Shown: in pieces, positions 57,584 to 64,000 of the stretch
How the letters are laid out: each line of letters opens with the position of its first letter
How positions within the stretch are numbered: the first letter of the stretch is position 1
DNA from: Candidatus Oxydemutatoraceae bacterium
GTDB taxonomy: Bacteria; Pseudomonadota; Gammaproteobacteria; Poriferisulfidales; Oxydemutatoraceae
Length of the DNA: 64,000 nucleotides
Direction of reading: 5' to 3'
Assembly (NCBI GenBank): GCA_965218975.1
Contig: OZ244717.1
Coordinates: 352,001-416,000, forward strand
The notes under the pieces: model-generated
The model's input: only the letters and a program-made list of their open reading frames with translations
The model's database searches: none
What the model was told of the DNA's origin: nothing
Program-made: the position numbers and the translations under genes

Positions 57584-59713
57584 TTGTTAAGAGACCTTCG
57601 TTTACAAGAGGAATATTTTTCCGGTGACTTAGATTTGGTTGAGGTCTTTTATCGTCCATGTCTTTCCGAAGCTATCAGATACAATCGATCAGTCGGTTAT
57701 TTTCGTTCCTCAGTATTTATTTTAATTGGTTCAGACATCATCAACTTTGTGAAACGAGGCGGAAAAATACGCTTGATTAGTTCCCCAAGTCTAACAGAAG
57801 ATGATATTGAGGCTATTGATACGGGCTACAAAAGCAAATACGACAGTGCATGTAGCGCACTTAGTAGGGATATAGATTTTTTGCTAACGAACCAGTTGAT
57901 TACAAAGAATACAGAAGCATTAGCTACGTTAATTTCACTGGGCGCAATGGATGTCAAACTCGTCTTTTTACCTAAGGCTTGTGGTGATTATCATGCTAAA
58001 TTGGGGATTTTTTATGATGAGCTTAATAATGCCGTCAGCTTTAAAGGTTCAATCAATGAAACATGGAGTGGTTGGTATGAAAAGGGGAATCATGAAACTC
58101 TGGATGTATTCTGTAGTTGGCGCGAAGGTAGAGATGAGAGACAAGTAGGGCGCGACCAGAAATATTTTGAGAAGCTATGGAATGGCGAGGTTAAGGGCTT
58201 AGAGGTGATACCGTTTCCTAAAGTAGGAATAGAGAAGCTCAAAACGGTAGCCAAAAGATCCTTGGATGATATTAACTCTGGAGATATCATTGATTTTTTC
58301 AGTCTTGGTCATCAACTGGCAGAACATAAAATTAAGGAAGAGTCTCCTTCACATGAAATACGCAAACCTCTTAAGCATCAGTTAAAAGCTATTGCTGAGT
58401 GGAAAAAACAGGACAAAAGAGGGATTTTAGAACACGCAACTGGTAGCGGTAAAACGTTCACTGCCCTCACCGCCCTCAAAGAACACTTGGAGCCTCAAGG
58501 TGTAGCTATTATTTTAGTTCCAGATAAGCTGTTACATCGTCAATGGGCTGTAGAACTTATTGAAGAAATTGAAGGAGTGCATCTCTTAAAGGCAGGTGAT
58601 GGACACAACAGATGGAAAAAAGACAGGCGATTGTTTGATTTTACATCACCGTTACAGGGCTTAGGAAAAAGAGTTGTATTAGTGACGATGCAGACAGCGC
58701 GTACAGATGCTTTTCTAGCTTCTCTTAATCAAGGTAAACATATCATGCTAATTGCCGATGAGGTACATGAAGTTGGGAGTAGGGAGAACTCTAAAGCATT
58801 AACTATCGATTCGGGTCCAAGGCTCGGATTGAGCGCGACACCTAAAAGATATGGTGACCCTGAGGGCACATTCAAAATACTGAATTATTTTGGTGTAATT
58901 GTTCAGCCTCCGTATACATTAATAGATGCGATAAACGATAGGCGTCTTGTGCCCTATGAGTATTTCCCTGTGACTGTTCGGCTTGATGCGGAAGAGTCAG
59001 AGCAGTGGGCGAAAGAAACCGATAAGATTTCAAAGGAGTTTGCACGTTCTAAGCGAGATAGGGATGGGAATGTAAATATTTCGCCATATTTACAAAACTT
59101 AATCATCCAGCGTTCGAGGATAGCGAAGAAGGCTAAAGCAAAAACTCCTCTCGCGGTAGATATCATAAAGAAACAATATCATGAGGGCGAGAGCTGGCTC
59201 ATTTATTGTGAGGATCAGTTTCAATTAAGACAAGTCATGGATTCTTTAAAGCGTGAAGGATATTCTCCGTTGGAATACCATACGAATATGGAGAGTGATA
59301 CTACAGCGACCCTTGAGTATTTTAAGAATTTCGGGGGTGTACTTTGTTCTATCAAATGTTTGGATCAGGGAGTCGATATACCTAAAATTTCACATGCAAT
59401 TATTTTGGCTTCTTCCCAGAATCCAAGGCAATTTATTCAAAGACGAGGACGTGTTTTAAGAACATGCAAAGATAAATACAAGGCAGTTCTTTTCGATGCC
59501 ATTGTAGTGCCGGTAAGTTTGGAGTCTGAGCCAGAACAATTTTCTTTGCTAAAGAGTGAGTTCCAGAGGGGTATCCAGTTTGCTAAAACTGCGTTAAACA
59601 GTAGTGCGGCAATTGAATTGGCTAGCTTGGCTGTAGAGTTAGATATTGATCCGGAAGAGGTAGGGTTAATGGATGGCGACGGTATAGAGGAGGAAGAAAA
59701 TAACGATGTCTGA
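57584..59713 (+). CDS. PLD-like nuclease plus SF2 helicase, PbeA-like
   Basis: YNRSVGYFRSS, YHAKLGIFYD...GSINET (HKD-type), HATGSGKT, DEVH, LSATP, LDQGVDIP and QFIQRRGRVLR. Confidence 0.85.
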   Translation: MLRDLRLQEEYFSGDLDLVEVFYRPCLSEAIRYNRSVGYFRSSVFILIGSDIINFVKRGGKIRLISSPSLTEDDIEAIDTGYKSKYDSACSALSRDIDFLLTNQLITKNTEALATLISLGAMDVKLVFLPKACGDYHAKLGIFYDELNNAVSFKGSINETWSGWYEKGNHETLDVFCSWREGRDERQVGRDQKYFEKLWNGEVKGLEVIPFPKVGIEKLKTVAKRSLDDINSGDIIDFFSLGHQLAEHKIKEESPSHEIRKPLKHQLKAIAEWKKQDKRGILEHATGSGKTFTALTALKEHLEPQGVAIILVPDKLLHRQWAVELIEEIEGVHLLKAGDGHNRWKKDRRLFDFTSPLQGLGKRVVLVTMQTARTDAFLASLNQGKHIMLIADEVHEVGSRENSKALTIDSGPRLGLSATPKRYGDPEGTFKILNYFGVIVQPPYTLIDAINDRRLVPYEYFPVTVRLDAEESEQWAKETDKISKEFARSKRDRDGNVNISPYLQNLIIQRSRIAKKAKAKTPLAVDIIKKQYHEGESWLIYCEDQFQLRQVMDSLKREGYSPLEYHTNMESDTTATLEYFKNFGGVLCSIKCLDQGVDIPKISHAIILASSQNPRQFIQRRGRVLRTCKDKYKAVLFDAIVVPVSLESEPEQFSLLKSEFQRGIQFAKTALNSSAAIELASLAVELDIDPEEVGLMDGDGIEEEENNDV

Positions 59714-59897
59714 ATCAAGTAATATCATTGCTCTTTTGCTGAATATTAAAGAACGTGAGGGATTGGATGTTGATGATCAACTTATAAAGCAATGTTATGA
59801 ACTACAAAAAAAATACCAGTTTGATCTAACTCGTAATACAGTTGAAAGAATGCGCGAGTTAGTTGAGGCCAGTCTTGATAAAAATGATGGCCGGTAG
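59706..59897 (+). CDS. Small protein, in the PbeB position
   Basis: 63 aa, coupled between the helicase and the ATPase. Confidence 0.65.
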   Translation: MSESSNIIALLLNIKEREGLDVDDQLIKQCYELQKKYQFDLTRNTVERMRELVEASLDKNDGR

Positions 59898-59902
59898 TTG
59901 TT

Positions 59903-61888
59903 ATGAAAGTAAAAAAAGTAATCTTCCATAATTTTATGCCCTTCAAGGGTACGCAGAAAATCGAGTTTCCCCAGCATGAAACACAAAATGTGATGTTGCT
60001 CTTTGGCGATAATATGCGTGGAAAAACAAGCTTCTTAAATGCAATCCGCTGGGGGTTTTATGAAGTCGCTCTAGGTCGTCACTTACGTAAAATTCCCAAG
60101 TTAAATCTGGTCAATCGTGATGCCGCGGATGAGGGAGATTGGGCAATGTCCGTTTCCTTGTATTTTGATCACAATGGAAGAAGCTATCAGCTAAATCGCA
60201 GGATTGAGAAACGTGAAAACACGCCAATACCTAGAAACGATTCCGATTTTAAGAAGATTATCGGTCTGAGAATTGATGGGACTCTCATAACAGGTGACTC
60301 GATTGACAATGAAATTAACCAAGTGATGCCACAGGAAGTGTCACGGTTTTTTTTGTTTGATGGTGAGTTGCTTCAAGAGTACGAAAACCTTTTAATTGAG
60401 GAAAGTGATCAAGGCAGGAAAATTAAAAAGCATATTGAATCTGTACTAGGTGTTCCGGCATTAGTGCATGCGAGGGATGAATTACAGGTATTGTTGAAGG
60501 ATGCACGTACTGCCCAACGTAAAGATGCTCAAAAATATCAAGAGTTACGTAACTATGCACAAGAACAAAAGAATCACGAGATAAAACTGGAAAGTATAGA
60601 AAACAACCTTGAAAAATTAAATTCTCAAAAAGAAGATTATCAGGAAAAAATTGATGATATCGACGACTTTCTAAAAAATACAGAGGCAGTACAAAATAGA
60701 AAAATTGAACTTACTCGGTTAGATGCTGAGCAAGAGGGCCTAGAAGATGAAATTAATCGGTCTAACGAAGATACTCATAGATTATTAAAAACAGCTTGGA
60801 AGGATGTATTGGCCAATAGTGTTCAAACCATTGTTAACAATTTAAAAGAGGAACGCAAAAGGCACGAACAAATTACCAAAGAGTCTATCAGTCTACAGGG
60901 CAAGATAGAAGGATTGCGAAAATCGCTTAAAGATAACAAAGTTTGTGATACCTGTGGGCAGGATATTCCCGATAGTATCAGGGCGCCGATGAAGGAAAAA
61001 TTAGATAAGCTGCTGGCCGAAAGATCAGAAAAAAAAGTTGATCCTGAGAAGTTAACGGAAATCAAAAACACCATTGATAACCTGGAAAGTATACGCTCTG
61101 AAGGCGAAGTCAAGCGAATAGTTGCCAATCAAGACGCTGTTACCCGAAATAATGTGAATTTGACGACTATTGAAAATAAGCGAGATGATCTCGAAGAGGA
61201 AATAAAAGGATATGATACAGAGGAAATAATGCGAAAACGGGAAAAATATCAACGTTGTATGAAGCTGTTAGGGGAAATTGAAGCCAAGATTAAAGATAAC
61301 AACGAAAAAAAGGAGGAAAATATCCAAAAGCAAGAAAGAATATCTCAATTGATTGCCAAACTTGGAGGAGCTCAAAGTTTAATTAGTAATCAGCGAGTAG
61401 ACAAATTGCAACAATTAGAAAAGATTTTTTCAGAAGGTATCAATCAACTGCGCCTCAAACTAAAAGATGATGTGGAAAGGCATGCAACTAAAGCTTTTAA
61501 ACAAATAACCACTGAAAAAACTTACTTGGGTCTGAAAATTAACCAAAGCTACGGTTTGTCTATTTTAGATAAGGAGGAACGAATAGTTGATGAGCGTAGT
61601 GCCGGCGCAGAGCAAGTTGTTGCGTTGTCATTAATTGATGGGCTTAATAAAACTTCAGGTACAGAAGCCCCGATAGTTATGGACACACCTTTGGGGCGTT
61701 TGGATCCCAAACATCGCAGAAATATACTGCAATATCTGCCGGATATGTCTGAGCAGGTTGTATTGTTGGTGCACGAGGGTGAGATTCGTGCCAAGCAAGA
61801 TTTGGAAATTATTGCCTCACGCATTGGTGCACGCTATGAAATCAAACGTGTTTCTGCGACACAATCTCGTATTGATAAGGTGATATAA
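59903..61888 (+). CDS. SMC/Rad50-like ABC ATPase, DndD paralog, PbeC-like
   Basis: GDNMRGKTS, FFLFDGE, CDTC zinc hook in a long coiled coil, RSAGAEQ, MDTPLGRLD and LLVHEGE. Confidence 0.85.
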   Translation: MKVKKVIFHNFMPFKGTQKIEFPQHETQNVMLLFGDNMRGKTSFLNAIRWGFYEVALGRHLRKIPKLNLVNRDAADEGDWAMSVSLYFDHNGRSYQLNRRIEKRENTPIPRNDSDFKKIIGLRIDGTLITGDSIDNEINQVMPQEVSRFFLFDGELLQEYENLLIEESDQGRKIKKHIESVLGVPALVHARDELQVLLKDARTAQRKDAQKYQELRNYAQEQKNHEIKLESIENNLEKLNSQKEDYQEKIDDIDDFLKNTEAVQNRKIELTRLDAEQEGLEDEINRSNEDTHRLLKTAWKDVLANSVQTIVNNLKEERKRHEQITKESISLQGKIEGLRKSLKDNKVCDTCGQDIPDSIRAPMKEKLDKLLAERSEKKVDPEKLTEIKNTIDNLESIRSEGEVKRIVANQDAVTRNNVNLTTIENKRDDLEEEIKGYDTEEIMRKREKYQRCMKLLGEIEAKIKDNNEKKEENIQKQERISQLIAKLGGAQSLISNQRVDKLQQLEKIFSEGINQLRLKLKDDVERHATKAFKQITTEKTYLGLKINQSYGLSILDKEERIVDERSAGAEQVVALSLIDGLNKTSGTEAPIVMDTPLGRLDPKHRRNILQYLPDMSEQVVLLVHEGEIRAKQDLEIIASRIGARYEIKRVSATQSRIDKVI

Positions 61889-62263
61889 ATGGAAGAACCG
61901 CAACGAATTGGTTTAACCGCGCAAGCGAATGCCTATCTTGATGGAATGCTTGATTCTCTGAATAGTGAAACCGACGCGCCAGATTTGATCAAGTTTGATT
62001 TATATCGCTTGGCGGTAGCTTTGGGAGTAAAGAAAGGCATAACACCTGAGCCTTTATCAGACAAAACCGATAATGCATTTCGTGTGGGAGAGTTAGACCC
62101 GGATAAGGCATTGTTTTTTGCGGTTGATGCTGCAAATTTACAGGAACCAGGTAAATCAATTTATCGTACTGTTGAGGCTTTGGGAGAACAGGGTATTCGA
62201 CATTTCTATGATACTTACCGTGAGAATATGGATAAGCTGCACTGGGATAAACTACTTACTTAG
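61889..62263 (+). CDS. Small protein, in the PbeD position
   Basis: 124 aa, starting directly after the ATPase stop; [10 protein letters not shown]...EALGEQGI pattern. Confidence 0.65.
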   Translation: MEEPQRIGLTAQANAYLDGMLDSLNSETDAPDLIKFDLYRLAVALGVKKGITPEPLSDKTDNAFRVGELDPDKALFFAVDAANLQEPGKSIYRTVEALGEQGIRHFYDTYRENMDKLHWDKLLT

Positions 62264-62265
62264 TT

Positions 62266-64000
62266 ATGTCTGCGCTTAAACTTTATCTGATTGTAGTTAA
62301 GAGCAATCAGGTCGAAGAAATTGTCACTATTCGTGAGCTAGACAGCTGCCATCAAATATGGAGCGCACATTCTTGCATTGGTAAAACCGCTATTATTCAC
62401 TGTGGGTTTACAAGACCTCAAGTCAATCAGTGCATTGAACTTCCAGAGAACACACAAGGCAAAGTGCTGTATTCCGGAGCAATGAAGTGGGCACTTCCGG
62501 AAATATACAAAAGCAGTGTAAACGCTATCGCACATATAGAGTTGGACAAAGCTGCGACTCCTTGCTACTTTGCTTTAAATCAGTGGGGCTATGAGATTGA
62601 CGAATTAGAGGCCGAACCAAAAGTTGAAGCCGAATCAGAAGTTGATGACCTAGAGGTTGATGACCCAATTTTACAGCGTCCGATTGACGTATTGAGGTTG
62701 ACTGTACGTGCAACAAATAGCCTGAAATCAGATAGTATCCTCTATATTGGAGAATTGGTTCGGCATACAGAAATTGAGCTATTAAGAATTCCCAATTTGG
62801 GTAACAAAACTTTGAAAGAAATTAAGAGTGCATTAGCCATGTATGGTTTATGTTTAGGGACAAAACTGGAAAGCTGTCCATTCCCAGGGACAAGTGAAAT
62901 GCCTGAGGTCACAACTGATAAAAGCAATTCGAACCGTTTAAATTCTCAGGTGGCACAAGTACCTTTGATACAACATTTGGAAAGGACATTAGGTGAATTG
63001 AGTGATGTGGATAGAGTAGTCTTGCAGGGACGTCTTGGGCATAAAGGGAAAACTCTGACGCTAGATGAAATTGGTGAAAAACTAAATGTTACTCGAGAAC
63101 GAGTCAGGCAGCGTCAAATGAAATACACCAATCGAATCATTGCACAGGAATACTGGGACGATCTAATCGGAATTCGCATCGGACAACTTTTACTGGACAG
63201 AGAAGAACCACTTATTCTTGAGTTGCTGGATATTGAAGATGAATGGCTTAAAGGATTCGGAGACAATTACATCTATCTTGCTAATGTAATACAACTGTTC
63301 TCAAAAAATGCAGTGTATGTTATCAAAGCAGCTGGTAGAAGTGTTGTAACAAGGATTAAACAAAATGAGTGGGATGATCTAGAAAGTGGACTTCGCACAA
63401 AATTAAAACAAAAAGCTGAGGAAAGGAGATGGAGACGAAGCGAAATCATGCAATACTTAGAATCCAGCTTATTCGAGTTCAGTTCACAAGAATTAGCCCC
63501 TCTTTTACATGAAATTTTTGATGAGTTTCTGCAATATCAAGACGGAAGTCAACAAGCAATACTAATGGCTTTTGGGAAATCCGTGGAGTCTGTAGCTAAT
63601 ACAGTGCTTGCTCAAGCAAGAAGACCTTTACATTTTACAGAAATTGCTGAAAGGGCAAATAAATTATTGGGTAGAAAAGTGGACGAAAGACGAACGCATA
63701 ATGCCCTTAATCAGGAGCATATCTGGCTGTTTGATCGTGGCACTTATGGATTGATTGAGCATTGTCCTCTACCTGCCTCCAAACGCCAAAGTGTTTGTAG
63801 CACAGTAGAGAAAATCCTTTATCAAGGCCCGATCAATAAGCAGTGGCATTCAAAACAAATAGTTGATCAGTTGACTTCCATGTTTCCAGGTGATTTGAAA
63901 GATTTAGACCCCTATGTATTGCGGATGTGCATAGAGCACTCTCCAAAAATTACATTTTTAAACCGTATGGTTTGGGCAAGAGCGGATTCTAGAATGAAGG
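62266..64000 (+). CDS. Multi-HTH protein: RNAP alpha-CTD-like, sigma70 region-4-like and wHTH domains; 3' end outside the window (absent from the ORF track)
   Basis: Translated by hand from ATG 62266: [16 protein letters not shown]...IGELV...[34 protein letters not shown] and RPLHFTEI. Confidence 0.85.
   Translation, partial: MSALKLYLIVVKSNQVEEIVTIRELDSCHQIWSAHSCIGKTAIIHCGFTRPQVNQCIELPENTQGKVLYSGAMKWALPEIYKSSVNAIAHIELDKAATPCYFALNQWGYEIDELEAEPKVEAESEVDDLEVDDPILQRPIDVLRLTVRATNSLKSDSILYIGELVRHTEIELLRIPNLGNKTLKEIKSALAMYGLCLGTKLESCPFPGTSEMPEVTTDKSNSNRLNSQVAQVPLIQHLERTLGELSDVDRVVLQGRLGHKGKTLTLDEIGEKLNVTRERVRQRQMKYTNRIIAQEYWDDLIGIRIGQLLLDREEPLILELLDIEDEWLKGFGDNYIYLANVIQLFSKNAVYVIKAAGRSVVTRIKQNEWDDLESGLRTKLKQKAEERRWRRSEIMQYLESSLFEFSSQELAPLLHEIFDEFLQYQDGSQQAILMAFGKSVESVANTVLAQARRPLHFTEIAERANKLLGRKVDERRTHNALNQEHIWLFDRGTYGLIEHCPLPASKRQSVCSTVEKILYQGPINKQWHSKQIVDQLTSMFPGDLKDLDPYVLRMCIEHSPKITFLNRMVWARADSRMK

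Noticed and set aside
62266-64000. True rpoA or rpoD gene
   Set aside because: Only the alpha-CTD-like and region-4-like segments are present, fused in one ORF outside any ribosomal or rpoD context.

Overview
Bacterial window, probably from a gammaproteobacterium (fadE/fadI/fadJ/fadD, mpl, yaaA, fpr and type IV minor pilins). Housekeeping blocks alternate with dense defence islands. From start to end it contains: (1) the distal part of a CRISPR array with a 36-bp repeat, 32 full repeats plus one partial, and no cas genes in the window; (2) a 10-kb minus-strand island with two IS1595-family copies, each followed directly by a DNA methyltransferase, enclosing a tightly coupled five-gene operon (PAPS-reductase/DndC-like PP-loop Fe-S protein, cysteine desulfurase, GHKL ATPase and two uncharacterised proteins) that fits no phosphorothioation architecture I know and is the top candidate for a new sulfur-based DNA modification/defence system; (3) a TdeIII/MjaII-like type II RM pair, tandem Sel1 proteins, an RND pump, fpr and a minor pilin cluster; (4) a type III RM locus with cargo genes and a duplicated nuclease tip between res and mod; (5) a five-repeat GlyGly-CTERM surface protein; (6) yaaA, mpl and beta-oxidation genes; (7) type I RM remnants and a dndCDE plus pbeABCD-like locus lacking dndA/dndB, followed by an alphaCTD/sigma-r4 protein that runs off the window. 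A dispersed 98-bp palindromic repeat family brackets surface-protein genes and island borders. All calls come from reading motifs by eye; no database searches were run.
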